A stretch of 64,000 nt of DNA from Clostridia bacterium (GCA_017625565.1 JAGAKN010000015.1:6005-70004), one strand, 5' to 3'. Positions 10,149 to 22,563 are shown, counted from the stretch's first letter. The notes: generated from the sequence alone by a model not told the origin. Numbers and translations: made by a program.

Positions 10149-10178
10149 TTCGCTTTCGTTTGCGTTCCTTTCTTCCCG

Positions 10179-11465
10179 TTATACCGTTTTAATGACTTTC
10201 TTGCCACCCATATACGGTTGCAATACTTCGGGAATGGTCACGCTACCGTCCGCCTGCAAATGGTTTTCCATAAACGCAATCAACATTCTCGGCGGAGCAA
10301 CTACCGTGTTGTTCAAAGTATGCGCGAGCTTGGTTTTCCCGTCGTCGTCCTTATAACGAATGCTCAAACGTCTTGCCTGCGCGTCCGTCAAGTTGGAACA
10401 AGACCCAACTTCGAAATATTTCTTTTGACGGGGGCTCCACGCTTCTACGTCACAACTCTTATATTTCAAATCCGCAAGATCTCCCGAACAACATCCGAGT
10501 TGTCTTACGGGGATATCCATCGAGCGGAACAATTCCACGGTATATGACCAAAGTTTTTCATACCAAGCATCGCTGTCTTCCGGCTTACAAACGACGATCA
10601 TTTCTTGTTTTTCGAATTGATGAATACGGTAAATCCCGCGTTCTTCGATGCCGTGCGCGCCCTTTTCCTTACGGAAACAGGGGGAATAACTCGTCAAAGC
10701 CAAAGGCAATTTCTTGCCGTCGATAATTTGTCCCATATACCGACCGATCATCGAGTGTTCGGACGTACCGATCAAATACAAGTCTTCGCCTTCGATCTTG
10801 TACATCATATTTTCCATTTCGTCAAAGCTCATAACTCCCGAAACGACGTCGCCGTGGATCATAAACGGCGGAATGACGTACGTAAAACCTTTATCGATCA
10901 TGAAATCACGCGCGTATGCTAACACGGCAGAGTGCAATCTCGCAACGTCCCCCGTCAAATAATAGAACCCTTGCCCCGAAGTACGGCGCGCGGAGTCTAC
11001 GTCGATCCCGTCGAGTTTTTCCAAAATATCCAAATGATACGGAATTTCAAAATCGGGCACGACCGCTTCGCCGAAACGTTTTAATTCCACGTTTTCGCTG
11101 TCATCCTTTCCAAGCGGAACGTCGTCAGCGATGATATTCGGGATCGTCATCATCGTCTTTTTCAACGCCACGTCCACTTCTTCGTTTTCCTTTTCGATCG
11201 CAACCAAGCGTTCGGCGTCGGCTTTTACTTGCGCCTTTACCTTTTCCGCTTCTTCACGGTTGCCCGCTTTCATATATTCGCCCACCTTTTTCGAGAGCGT
11301 ATTCCGCGCGGAACGGAGTGCGTCGCCTTCCGCGATCAACGCACGACGCTTTGCGTCGAGTTCCAACGCCTTGTCCACGAGGGGCAACTTGTGGTCTTGG
11401 AATTTCTTTTTAATATTCTCTTTTACAAGTTCGGGATTGGTACGGATAAGATTGATATCGATCAT
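10179..11465 (-). CDS. serS: Seryl-tRNA synthetase
   Basis: 428 aa. N-terminus MIDINLIRTNPE, coiled-coil arm, class II motifs (FRKEKGAHG..., GSCSN). Confidence 0.95.
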   Translation of the reverse strand: MIDINLIRTNPELVKENIKKKFQDHKLPLVDKALELDAKRRALIAEGDALRSARNTLSKKVGEYMKAGNREEAEKVKAQVKADAERLVAIEKENEEVDVALKKTMMTIPNIIADDVPLGKDDSENVELKRFGEAVVPDFEIPYHLDILEKLDGIDVDSARRTSGQGFYYLTGDVARLHSAVLAYARDFMIDKGFTYVIPPFMIHGDVVSGVMSFDEMENMMYKIEGEDLYLIGTSEHSMIGRYMGQIIDGKKLPLALTSYSPCFRKEKGAHGIEERGIYRIHQFEKQEMIVVCKPEDSDAWYEKLWSYTVELFRSMDIPVRQLGCCSGDLADLKYKSCDVEAWSPRQKKYFEVGSCSNLTDAQARRLSIRYKDDDGKTKLAHTLNNTVVAPPRMLIAFMENHLQADGSVTIPEVLQPYMGGKKVIKTV

Positions 11466-11577
11466 CGTATTTTTACTCCATTTTCTTTGTTTTCAATTAT
11501 TATACAACTTTTCATCCTTAAAATCAATTAAATGCACCCAAATAACGCCTATTTAAAAGATTTTTTCCGAAAAAAAC

Positions 11578-11606
11578 TTGTATTTTTCACATAGCTATGC
11601 TATAAT
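11578..11606 (+). promoter_or_regulatory. Sigma-A-type promoter for the P-type ATPase gene
   Basis: TTGTAT, 17 nt spacer, TATAAT. GGAG RBS at 11617-11620. Confidence 0.6.
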
Positions 11607-11632
11607 AAAACCACTTGGAGTAAAATATAGCT

Positions 11633-14209
11633 ATGAAAAAAGATATCAATTCGGAAAAGGAATACGTTTCGGAAGAAGAAAAAAGCAACCGTAAGTTTGC
11701 AAAACTCTTCCCCAAAAAGAAAGAAAAGAGAAAACAAACCGCGCCCGTTGCAGACGTAAAACGCTTTCACGCGCTTGCCAGCGAGGGCCTTTCCAAAGCG
11801 CAAGTCGCCGAACGGGTAGAACAAGGGCTCGTCAACAAAACGGGTAAAAAATACTCGAAAACCTATCGCAGTATTTTTATCGGAAACATTTGCACCTTTT
11901 TCAACCTGTTGTGCTTACTCGCGGGGTTAGCGTTGCTTTTGGCGCGCGCGCCCATTTCGCAATTCTCGTTTGTGGCAATTTTCCTTTGCAATATCTTGGT
12001 GAGTATCGTCCAAGAAATCCGCGCAAAACGAAAAATTGATAAACTCTCCATACTCTCGTCCCCAACGGCAAAGGTCGTTAGAAACGGTATCAAAACGGAC
12101 ATTCCCGTAGAAGAGATTGTCGTAGACGATATTCTTATCCTTTCCGCCGGTCAACAAGTACCTGCCGACTGCATTGCGATGGACGGTATGGCGGAATTCA
12201 ACGAATCCCTACTTACAGGTGAATCCGTGCCCGTCAAAAAAGACGACGGCGACGAACTGTTTGCCGGCTCGTTCGTAGCCAGCGGACAAATCGCGGCACG
12301 CGTTGATAAAATCGGCGACGATACGTACATAAGCAAATTAACGGCACGGGCAAAAAAATACAAGCGTCCGAATTCCGAAATTATGAACTCGATCACGCTA
12401 TTTATTAAGGTCATCGGGCTTTTGATCGTGCCCGTCGCAATCTTTATGTTCTTTACCAACTATCGCTCCATCGGCGGTAGCGGAGCTTGGGATGCGCTCT
12501 CTGAAAGCGGTGGTTTTTGGAAGAACTTACTGCGCGGAAACGCCGACCTTAACGAAACCATTCAAAAAACCTGTTCCGTCGTTATCGGTATGATCCCGTC
12601 GGGACTGTTGCTCTTAACCACCGTCGCTTTGTCCTTGGGGATGATACGACTTGCGAAATACAATACGCTCGTACAAGATATGTACTCTTTGGAAATGCTG
12701 GCACGGGTAAACGTATTGTGCTTGGATAAGACGGGTACGATTACCGACGGCAGAATGCGGGTTAGCGATTGTATTTTGTTGAATGCTACGACGGAATACG
12801 GCATCGACGATATCTTGGGTTCGATGCTCGCGTCGCTCAACGACAACAACCAAACGTCGATCGCTTTGTACGAACGGTTTGGGCATTCTTCCGCATTACA
12901 ACCGATTGCGACGCTCCCGTTCTCGTCGGCGAGAAAGCTTTCCGCCGTCACGTTCGAAGACGTCGGCACGTTTATTATGGGCGCGCCGGAGTTCGTACTC
13001 CGTCCCGTACCGTCGCGGATTGACAAAATTGTAAAACAATATGCGCAAATGGGCTTACGGGTTTTGGTTTTGGCGCATTCCACGGGGCAAATCCAAGGCG
13101 ACAAACCGCCGTCTGCACCCCGCGCCGTTGCGATTATTACCCTTTCGGATAACATTCGTCCCGACGCAATCGATACGATCAAATGGTTTAGAGAAAACGA
13201 CGTAGCCGTCAAGGTCATTTCGGGCGACAACCCCGTGACGGTTTCCGAAGTAGCACGTAGAGCAGGCATTAAAAACGCCGCGCAGTTTATTTCCTTGGAA
13301 GGTTTATCCGATCTCGAAGTCGAAAACGCGGCGAATGCGTACACCGTATTCGGACGGGTGACTCCCGAACAAAAGGCGCTACTGATACGTTCAATTAAGA
13401 AAGCCGGCAACACCGTTGCGATGACAGGCGACGGCGTAAACGATATTTTGGCAATGAAAGAAGCCGACTGCGCCGTATCCGTTGCTTCGGGTAGCGAAGC
13501 GGCAAGAAACGTTTCCAACTTGGTTTTACAGGACAACAATTTCGGGTCTATGCCAAAGATCGTTAACGAAGGCAGACGGGTGATCAATAACATCAAGGAT
13601 TCGTCCGCGCTGTATATTATGAAAACGCTGTTGACGTTGATTTTGGCGGTCACGTGTATTTCGATCGGCAGTACGTATTTCTTCACGACGAATAACATGA
13701 TGATGTTCGAAATCTTTATCAGCGCAATCCCGTCGTTCGTACTCTCGTTGCAACCGAATACCGCGCGCGTAAAAGGCAAGTTTATCCCGTACGTACTAAG
13801 CCGAGCCATTCCCGGCGCGCTAACCATGGCAATCGGGATTATCGCATTGTACATCGTGCATCGAACTTCGCTTTCGGATACGTTCGGATTCCGCACCCCT
13901 ACGGGCGAAGATTCCTTAGAATATCAAGCGTTGATGATGATCGCGTTGACGTTTACGGGCTTGGTAATGCTCTATCGAATTTGCCAACCGTTTAATATCG
14001 TGCGCGCGTGCTTGTTTATCCTATCGGCTTTCCTTTGTACAATCGTTATTTCCGTACCTGTCCTGGGCGAAATCGTATTTGAAGGCTGGTCGAACGTAGA
14101 TTTCTCGCTAGCGCAAATCCTATTAATCGTCATCATCGTACAAGCAAGTTTCCCCATTTCCGGGTTCTTGATACGGGGCTTTGATATGATCAATCCTGCC
14201 GACGAATAA
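11633..14209 (+). CDS. Cation-transporting P-type ATPase (HAD-IC superfamily)
   Basis: 858 aa. DKTGTIT phosphorylation motif, TGES, TGDGVNDILAMKEAD hinge, multiple TM segments. Confidence 0.9.
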   Translation: MKKDINSEKEYVSEEEKSNRKFAKLFPKKKEKRKQTAPVADVKRFHALASEGLSKAQVAERVEQGLVNKTGKKYSKTYRSIFIGNICTFFNLLCLLAGLALLLARAPISQFSFVAIFLCNILVSIVQEIRAKRKIDKLSILSSPTAKVVRNGIKTDIPVEEIVVDDILILSAGQQVPADCIAMDGMAEFNESLLTGESVPVKKDDGDELFAGSFVASGQIAARVDKIGDDTYISKLTARAKKYKRPNSEIMNSITLFIKVIGLLIVPVAIFMFFTNYRSIGGSGAWDALSESGGFWKNLLRGNADLNETIQKTCSVVIGMIPSGLLLLTTVALSLGMIRLAKYNTLVQDMYSLEMLARVNVLCLDKTGTITDGRMRVSDCILLNATTEYGIDDILGSMLASLNDNNQTSIALYERFGHSSALQPIATLPFSSARKLSAVTFEDVGTFIMGAPEFVLRPVPSRIDKIVKQYAQMGLRVLVLAHSTGQIQGDKPPSAPRAVAIITLSDNIRPDAIDTIKWFRENDVAVKVISGDNPVTVSEVARRAGIKNAAQFISLEGLSDLEVENAANAYTVFGRVTPEQKALLIRSIKKAGNTVAMTGDGVNDILAMKEADCAVSVASGSEAARNVSNLVLQDNNFGSMPKIVNEGRRVINNIKDSSALYIMKTLLTLILAVTCISIGSTYFFTTNNMMMFEIFISAIPSFVLSLQPNTARVKGKFIPYVLSRAIPGALTMAIGIIALYIVHRTSLSDTFGFRTPTGEDSLEYQALMMIALTFTGLVMLYRICQPFNIVRACLFILSAFLCTIVISVPVLGEIVFEGWSNVDFSLAQILLIVIIVQASFPISGFLIRGFDMINPADE

Positions 14210-14228
14210 CCCAACTTAAATTCTAAAA

Positions 14229-14267
14229 CTCCCCGTTCGCGGAACACCGCAAACGGGGAGTTTTTTT
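14229..14267. terminator. Bidirectional rho-independent terminator (ATPase / gyrA)
   Basis: CTCCCCGTT ... AACGGGGAG stem followed by T7, with an A-run on the other side. Confidence 0.8.
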
Positions 14268-14282
14268 ATGCTCGTTTTTCGA

Positions 14283-16910
14283 TTATTCTTCGGTTTCGTC
14301 TACAACGTTTTCTTCTTCCGGTTCGTCGTCCAAAACCACCGTTTCTTCTACTTCTTCAACGTCCGTTTCGCCGACCAAATCTTCAGGGCTCAAATCCGCC
14401 GCCGTTTCTTCGGGCGCTTGCGTTTCCGCTTCGTCGTCGCGTTCGGTCACGTCTACCGTCGCCACCAAACTGTCTTTGACGTTCATAACCCGTACCCCAC
14501 GCGTACTTCTACCGATCCGACTGATCGTGTCCGCATGCATACGGATAATCGTTCCGCCCGTCGTAATGATCATAATGTCGTTTTCGTCCGTGACGAGTTT
14601 CATATTCACAAGCTCGCCCGTCTTTTCGTTGAAGATCCCTGCCTTGATCCCTTTACCACCACGGCTTTGCAAGCGATAATCTTCAATGCTCGAACGTTTC
14701 CCATAACCCCCCGACGTCAACGTAAAGATATCTTGCGTCTTGTCGACGATCATCATATCCACGACGATATCGCCTTTGGCGAGCGTAATCGCCTTAACGC
14801 CTTGCGTTCCGCGTCCCGTCGGACGAACGTCCGTTTCCGCAAACCGAATACATTTCCCTGCGCGCGAAGCAATCAAAATTTCGTCCTCGCCCGTCGTGAA
14901 TTGTACGGAAATCAACCGATCTTCTTCTTGCAACTTAATTGCGATTTTCCCGTTCTTGGGAATTCGTGCAAACTCCGAAGTAGCCGTTTTCTTGATCAAA
15001 CCACGCTCCGTCGCCATCGTGAGATAGCCGATGCCGTTTTCCAACACAGGGAGTACCGTTTCGATCTTTTCGCCCGGATCGAGTTGTACGATATTGACGA
15101 CGGCTCTACCGCGTGCCGTACGGTTGGCTTCGGGGATTTCATAGCCCTTAATCGAGTACACTTTCCCTTTCGACGAGAAGAGCAAGATGGGATCGTGCGT
15201 ACAGCATACGAACATTTTTTCCACGTAGTCTTCGTCCTTCGGGCGGTGCGCGGTAATCCCTCTGCCTCCCCTGCCTTGCGCTTTGTATTCCGCAACGGGC
15301 AAGCGTTTGATATATCCGCTATGCGTCAACGAGATCACGACGTCTTCTCTATCGATCAAGTCTTCGTCGTCGATATTGCCGTAGTCTACGGAAATTTCCG
15401 ATTTTCTCGGCGACGGGTATTTGGCTTTGATTTCCGTAAGGTCTTGACGGATAATCGCCATAACGCGCCATTCGTTCGCCAAAATATCTTTGAGATCGGC
15501 AATCGTTGCCTGCAAAGCAGTCAGCTCGTCCTTGAGTTTTTCCACTTCCAGCGACGTCAATCTTTGTAAACGCATTTCGAGGATTGCGTTCGCTTGTTTT
15601 TCATCCAACACGAACGCCGTCGTCAAGCCTTCTACCGCCGCGTTTTTGTCCGCCGACGCCTTGATGATACGAATGACTTCGTCCACGTTCGCGAGCGCCA
15701 ACACAAGCCCTGCAATGATATGCGCGCGTTCTTCCGTCTTGTTTAAATCGTAGCGAGTACGGCGTACGATCACATCTTTTTGATGTTCCAAATAATAATA
15801 CAAAACTTCGCGGAGATTGAGGTTTCTCGGTTCTGTCCCGTTTTCTACGAGCGCGAGCAAGATAATCCCGTCCGAGATTTGCAATTTCGTCTTTTTATAG
15901 AGCGTGTTCAAAACAACTTGCGCGTTTGCGTCTTTCTTGCATTCGATTACGATCCGCATACCGTCGCGGTCGGATTCGTCGCGAATGTCGGAAATGCCTT
16001 CCAAACGCTTGTCGTTGACCATATCCGCAATCGTTTTGATTAGTTGCGCTTTGTTGACTTGGTAGGGAATTTCCGTGACAACGATACGGGAACGGGTATT
16101 TCCGCCCGTGCCGTATTCTTCGATTTCACAACGGGAACGGATACGGATGTTCCCTTGTCCTGTGCGGTACGCTTGGCGAATACCGCTTCTGCCCATAATC
16201 AGCCCCCCGGTCGGGAAATCGGGCGCAGGGATATATTCCATCAACTCGTCCACGGTAATTTCGGGATTGTCGATCATCGCAATCGTCCCGTCGATTACTT
16301 CCGCAAGATTGTGCGGGGGAATATTCGTCGCCATACCTACCGCGATCCCGTCCGCGCCGTTTACGAGCAAATTGGGATATCTCGCAGGCAATACCGTCGG
16401 TTCTTCTTCGCTCCCGTCGAAGTTGGGGATAAAATCCACCGTTTCCTTTTCTAAATCGCGGAGCATTTCCGCCGCCAACTTGGTCAAACGCGCTTCGGTA
16501 TAACGCATCGCCGCCGCAGGGTCGCCGTCCACCGAGCCAAAGTTCCCGTGCCCGTCTACGAGCGGGAAACTGATCGTGAACTCCTGCGCCAACCGCACGA
16601 GCGCGTCGTATACGGAGCTATCGCCGTGGGGGTGGAATTTACCCATACAGTCCCCGACGATACGTGCGCACTTACGATAGGCCTTATCGTTGTACAACCC
16701 CATTTCGTGCATAGAGTATAAGATACGTCTGTGTACGGGTTTCAAGCCGTCGCGCACGTCGGGAATGGCGCGCGATTTATTAACCGCCATGGCGTACGCA
16801 ATAAACGACCGTTTTAACTCGTCGTCGACTTCGACGTCGAGCAATTTCGTCATCTGTAATGTTTTCTTAAATTCTTCGGTCAATTCAGGACTCGTTTCTT
16901 TCTTTGCCAT
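14283..16910 (-). CDS. gyrA: DNA gyrase subunit A
   Basis: 875 aa. AAMRYTE active-site Tyr motif, beta-pinwheel repeats, acidic C-terminal tail. Confidence 0.97.
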   Translation of the reverse strand: MAKKETSPELTEEFKKTLQMTKLLDVEVDDELKRSFIAYAMAVNKSRAIPDVRDGLKPVHRRILYSMHEMGLYNDKAYRKCARIVGDCMGKFHPHGDSSVYDALVRLAQEFTISFPLVDGHGNFGSVDGDPAAAMRYTEARLTKLAAEMLRDLEKETVDFIPNFDGSEEEPTVLPARYPNLLVNGADGIAVGMATNIPPHNLAEVIDGTIAMIDNPEITVDELMEYIPAPDFPTGGLIMGRSGIRQAYRTGQGNIRIRSRCEIEEYGTGGNTRSRIVVTEIPYQVNKAQLIKTIADMVNDKRLEGISDIRDESDRDGMRIVIECKKDANAQVVLNTLYKKTKLQISDGIILLALVENGTEPRNLNLREVLYYYLEHQKDVIVRRTRYDLNKTEERAHIIAGLVLALANVDEVIRIIKASADKNAAVEGLTTAFVLDEKQANAILEMRLQRLTSLEVEKLKDELTALQATIADLKDILANEWRVMAIIRQDLTEIKAKYPSPRKSEISVDYGNIDDEDLIDREDVVISLTHSGYIKRLPVAEYKAQGRGGRGITAHRPKDEDYVEKMFVCCTHDPILLFSSKGKVYSIKGYEIPEANRTARGRAVVNIVQLDPGEKIETVLPVLENGIGYLTMATERGLIKKTATSEFARIPKNGKIAIKLQEEDRLISVQFTTGEDEILIASRAGKCIRFAETDVRPTGRGTQGVKAITLAKGDIVVDMMIVDKTQDIFTLTSGGYGKRSSIEDYRLQSRGGKGIKAGIFNEKTGELVNMKLVTDENDIMIITTGGTIIRMHADTISRIGRSTRGVRVMNVKDSLVATVDVTERDDEAETQAPEETAADLSPEDLVGETDVEEVEETVVLDDEPEEENVVDETEE

Positions 16911-16933
16911 TTTCCTTTACTCCTACCTTTCTC

Positions 16934-18964
<2,031 letters not shown>

Positions 18965-19150
18965 CTACGTTGCACCCTAAAAGCGCATTTTCTTTGAGAT
19001 TCTGCCTTAAACGCCCCTTTTTGCCGTCTATTTCGCGAGCAATCCCCTTTCTCAATAGAGAACGCGAGCGGTTTATCCACTCGCGTTCTTCGCCCGTTTT
19101 TCGGCGTTTATAAATTCTCTCACACTCGGCATTTGCCTGTGCGCCGTCCG

Positions 19151-20089
19151 TTAGCCCCAAATTTCACGCGCAACCGCCAACACTTCGTCGGGGGTTTGCG
19201 CATTAAAAAACCGTTCTTTTGCAACGGACGCTCCGCGCTCGCCCTTGACGTAAAATACCGCCATTTTCCGCATGAATACCGTGGTAAACCGCTCGTCACA
19301 AGTCTTTCTCGTCCATTCGAAATGCTTTTCGAACATTTCCAGCTTGCTTTCCCCTTTTTCGCCCGTCAACTCGCAAAATACTTGCGGATGAAAGAGCGCC
19401 GCGCGCGCAACCATCACACCGTCCGCGCCCGTTTCGTCCATGAGTTTATCCGCGTCCGCCAGGGAAAATACTCCACCGTTGGCAATCACGGGGATTTTCA
19501 CCGCCGATTTCGCCGACAAAATTTCGCCGTAATTTACTTCGCCGGAGTACATTTTGTCTTTCGTTCTGCCATGTACGGTAATCAAACTCGCCCCAGCGCC
19601 TTCCATACGCTTTGCAAATTCCCGTGTGATTAGCTTGTCCGCCGTCACCCCGATACGAAATTTCACCGTGACGGTTTTTCCACTCTTGACGCATTCCTTG
19701 ACGATTTCTTCCGCAAGTGCAGGATTTTCGAGCAACGCGCTCCCTTCGCCGTTTTTATAAATTTTTGGCACGGGACAACCCATGTTGATATCCACAATCG
19801 GGAATTTGGCTAAACTCTCGTGCTCGCAGGCAAATCGCAGGGTGGAGGGTTCACTCCCGAAGATTTGCGCCGCCACAAGCCCTTCTTTTTCGTCGGTATA
19901 AAGCAGTTCTTTCGTGTTCTCGCTACCGTATTTCAGTCCCTTTGCGCTGACCATTTCCGTATAGCAAAGCCCTGCCCCGTACGACGAACAAAGCCGTCGA
20001 AACGCATAGTTCGTGTACCCGGCAAGCGGTGCTAAAAATACGTTATTTTTTACGGTAATCTTGCCTACCGTAATCGGAGTTAATCGCAT
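19151..20089 (-). CDS. dus: tRNA-dihydrouridine synthase
   Basis: 312 aa. LAPLAGYTN...TEMVSA N-terminus and FMN TIM-barrel motifs (NMGCP, TVHGRT). Confidence 0.9.
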   Translation of the reverse strand: MRLTPITVGKITVKNNVFLAPLAGYTNYAFRRLCSSYGAGLCYTEMVSAKGLKYGSENTKELLYTDEKEGLVAAQIFGSEPSTLRFACEHESLAKFPIVDINMGCPVPKIYKNGEGSALLENPALAEEIVKECVKSGKTVTVKFRIGVTADKLITREFAKRMEGAGASLITVHGRTKDKMYSGEVNYGEILSAKSAVKIPVIANGGVFSLADADKLMDETGADGVMVARAALFHPQVFCELTGEKGESKLEMFEKHFEWTRKTCDERFTTVFMRKMAVFYVKGERGASVAKERFFNAQTPDEVLAVAREIWG

Positions 20090-20091
20090 AC

Positions 20092-20994
20092 CTACCCCCT
20101 TTCTTCTTTTGTTTTTCCCCGTTTTTCTCTATGCGCGGAAAACGCTTTTATAACCGCCGCCCCGATGATAATCGCATACCCTAAAACGCTCCACCAGTCG
20201 GGAAATTCGCCTAAGAAACTCGCACCCCAAATCGCCGTAAAAAGCACCTGCGAATAATCGTAAACGGAAATTTCTTTTGCTTGGGCGTAGGTGTACGCAG
20301 CCGTCACGGAAAGTTGCGCTCCCCCAGCGGAACAACCTGCCAACAACAAAAACCCAAGTTGCGCCCAAGTCATCGGTTCGTATTGCGCGATCACAAACGG
20401 CAACATCGTCAAACAGGAAAAGGTCGAGAAAAAGAACACGATCACGGCGTTTCGCTCACCCCGTTTTCCCAACTTCCGCACGAACGTATACGCCAAACCT
20501 GCGCTAAGCCCACCCAGCACCCCCAGCGTCGCAGGGATACTCTTAGAAAAATCAAAGGACGGTTTTACGACGAACAAAGCGCCCGAAAAGGCTACCGCCA
20601 CCAAAATCCAGTCTTTCGCGCTCGCTTTTTCGCGCAACAAAAACGCAGAAAAGACAATCGAGAAAAAGGGCGCGAGCTTGTTTAAAATAGACGCGTCGGA
20701 AATATTCATTCGGTCGATGGCGTAGAAGTTGCACAAAATCCCCACCGTGCCTGCTATCGAGCGTGCGAGCAAAGACGGTAAGCTCCCCTTTTTCATTTTT
20801 AGGGATCGGCTTTTGAGCAAAATCCCCAGCCCCAAAAAGGACGCTACGAGATTTCTAAAAAAGGATTTTTGGAACACGGGCAAATCCCCTGCCAGCCTGA
20901 CGAATAAACTCATCAACGAATAAAACAACGCCGAAACGACGATATAAATCACCCCGATCCAAGGGTTTTTCGGTTGTGGCTGGCTGTTTTGCAT
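20092..20994 (-). CDS. EamA/DMT-family membrane transporter
   Basis: 300 aa, about 10 TM segments, two EamA-like halves. Confidence 0.85.
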   Translation of the reverse strand: MQNSQPQPKNPWIGVIYIVVSALFYSLMSLFVRLAGDLPVFQKSFFRNLVASFLGLGILLKSRSLKMKKGSLPSLLARSIAGTVGILCNFYAIDRMNISDASILNKLAPFFSIVFSAFLLREKASAKDWILVAVAFSGALFVVKPSFDFSKSIPATLGVLGGLSAGLAYTFVRKLGKRGERNAVIVFFFSTFSCLTMLPFVIAQYEPMTWAQLGFLLLAGCSAGGAQLSVTAAYTYAQAKEISVYDYSQVLFTAIWGASFLGEFPDWWSVLGYAIIIGAAVIKAFSAHREKRGKTKEERG

Positions 20995-21054
20995 TGCGAA
21001 CGCTCCTATACAGTATTAGTATACTCTATTTTTCCAAAAAAGTAAAATAAAAAA

Positions 21055-21081
21055 CCCGACTACCTGCGTAATCGGGATTTT
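21055..21081 (-). terminator. Candidate terminator downstream of rpmA
   Basis: Minus strand CCCGA ... TCGGG stem followed by TTTTT. The stem is short. Confidence 0.45.
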
Positions 21082-21100
21082 TCTCTTTGTTTGCGTGCCG

Positions 21101-21385
21101 TTATGCTTGCGCAACTACGGGATAAACGCTTGCCTTTTTCTTATCTTTGCCCATTCTTTCGTACCGAACAATGCCGTCTACGAGCGCGAACAACGTATCG
21201 TCTTTACCGATGCCTACGTTTTCACCGGGATGAATTTTCGTGCCACGTTGACGAACGAGAATGTTCCCTGCGACAACTGCTTGACCGTCGCTACGCTTCG
21301 TGCCAAGGCGTTTCGCTTCGCTGTCTCTACCGTTGTGGGAAGAGCCGGTACCTTTTTTATGAGCGAATAAACTGATGAAAATCAT
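21101..21385 (-). CDS. rpmA: 50S ribosomal protein L27, with an N-terminal propeptide-like extension
   Basis: 94 aa: [28 protein letters not shown]... The mature-type AHKKG motif is preceded by 7 residues ending in F. Confidence 0.95.
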   Translation of the reverse strand: MIFISLFAHKKGTGSSHNGRDSEAKRLGTKRSDGQAVVAGNILVRQRGTKIHPGENVGIGKDDTLFALVDGIVRYERMGKDKKKASVYPVVAQA

Positions 21386-21437
21386 TTTTATTTCTCCTTA
21401 ATTTCAAATTTCTTTCGGGCGCATGCCCGCCGTGCAA

Positions 21438-21743
21438 TTAGAGTTCGATTTTTTCGATCTTAACTGCGGTGAAGGGTTGTCTATGCCCTTGCTTCTTACG
21501 TTCGTTCTTCTTTGCTTTGTATTTGAAAACGATGATCTTTCTTGCCTTGTCTTGTTTTACAACGGTTGCGGTCACTTTTACGTTTTCCACTTCCGCGCCA
21601 ACCTTAACACCGTTTTCATCGGCAACCATAACCGCCTTAAACGAAACCGTATCGCCTTCGTTTGCAGCAAGCTTTTCTACCTTTACAACGTCGCCTTCCG
21701 CAACTTTGTATTGCTTGTTCCCGTTATCGATGATCGCGTACAT
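21438..21743 (-). CDS. rplU: 50S ribosomal protein L21
   Basis: 101 aa: [25 protein letters not shown]... Confidence 0.95.
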   Translation of the reverse strand: MYAIIDNGNKQYKVAEGDVVKVEKLAANEGDTVSFKAVMVADENGVKVGAEVENVKVTATVVKQDKARKIIVFKYKAKKNERKKQGHRQPFTAVKIEKIEL

Positions 21744-21885
21744 AAGTTTTACCTCCTCTTTCCAGTCTCGAAGAAATTCCCTAGGCGCGGTTTTTCACGG
21801 TTTTTCCCGTAAAAATGCCCGACTTAAAAAAGCCCGTTTCTATCGGCTCGGATATTACTATAACACATTACGGGAAGTTCGTCAA
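21744..21885 (-). promoter_or_regulatory. rplU promoter plus a roughly 110-nt leader with a terminator-like hairpin (candidate L21-type ribosomal-protein leader)
   Basis: Minus strand: TTGACG (21885-21880), 17 nt spacer, TATAGT (21862-21857). The leader contains AGCCG-AUAGAAA-CGGGCU followed by U6 (about 21848-21826). Confidence 0.45.
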
Positions 21886-21977
21886 GCAATTTTGCGTGAA
21901 TTTTTGCACTTTTTTCTCTCTTTTGGCATAGAACTCCCCTTTTCGGGCAAATTATTGATACAAGGAGATAAAGCTAT

Positions 21978-22424
21978 ATGGAAAATACTGCACGTAAAAA
22001 AACGGAAGAAGTGTTGGCGGAGATTTATCGGAATTGCCAACTCGCCCTGCAATCCATTTCGAACATTCTGCCCGCCGTGGAAGACGAAACTTTGAAAAAC
22101 GAACTCACGCTTGAACACGAAGAATACGAACGGTTTTCCGCGAAAGCCGTGATGCTCGCCAAAAACAAGGGCATCGAATTGAAAGAACCTAATCCCTTTA
22201 AAAAAGCGATGATGTGGGGCTCGATTAAGATGAACACCCTGATGAACAACGCTCCGGAACATATCGCGGATATGATGATCCAAGGCACGGTGATGGGGAT
22301 TACTGCTTTGCGCACCACCGCAAGCGAAGTTTACGACAACGGCGATCCTGAAATTCGAGAACTGTTGGACGAACTCATTCGCACGGAAGAAGAGTTCGAA
22401 AAGAAATGGAAAGCGTATTTATGA
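21978..22424 (+). CDS. Hypothetical all-helical protein (148 aa)
   Basis: Good RBS (AAGGAG). The sequence looks like a helical bundle. I do not recognise a family. Confidence 0.6.
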   Translation: MENTARKKTEEVLAEIYRNCQLALQSISNILPAVEDETLKNELTLEHEEYERFSAKAVMLAKNKGIELKEPNPFKKAMMWGSIKMNTLMNNAPEHIADMMIQGTVMGITALRTTASEVYDNGDPEIRELLDELIRTEEEFEKKWKAYL

Positions 22425-22430
22425 CCAAAG

Positions 22431-22465
22431 AAATCTCTCGCGAAAACGGGAGATTTTCTTTTTTG
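22431..22465 (+). terminator. Rho-independent terminator
   Basis: AAATCTCTCG / CGGGAGATTT stem (one G-U pair) followed by a T-run. Confidence 0.75.
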
Positions 22466-22485
22466 GGGATTGTCTTTTCAAGCGC

Positions 22486-22514
22486 TTGCGTATTTGCGTG
22501 ATTTGTGCTATAAT
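22486..22514 (+). promoter_or_regulatory. Sigma-A-type promoter for holB-yaaT
   Basis: TTGCGT, 17 nt spacer, TATAAT with a TGC extended -10. Confidence 0.6.
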
Positions 22515-22563
22515 ATGATTTGGTGAAAGCGTTCGCTTTACGCGTGAACGGAAGGAATGGGCT

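Noticed and set aside
11466-11632. Possible T-box leader upstream of serS
   Set aside because: The spacer is only 167 nt and is shared with the divergent ATPase promoter. I saw no specifier-loop or T-box (AGGGTGGTACCGCG-like) sequence. lysS likewise lacks one.
12562-13896. 444-aa ORF on the minus strand
   Set aside because: It is antisense to the P-type ATPase gene. There are no recognisable motifs and no translation signals.
14268-15569. 433-aa ORF on the plus strand
   Set aside because: It is entirely antisense to gyrA, whose identity is unambiguous. The product is low-complexity (R/F/V-rich) and there is no RBS. It is a codon-bias artefact.
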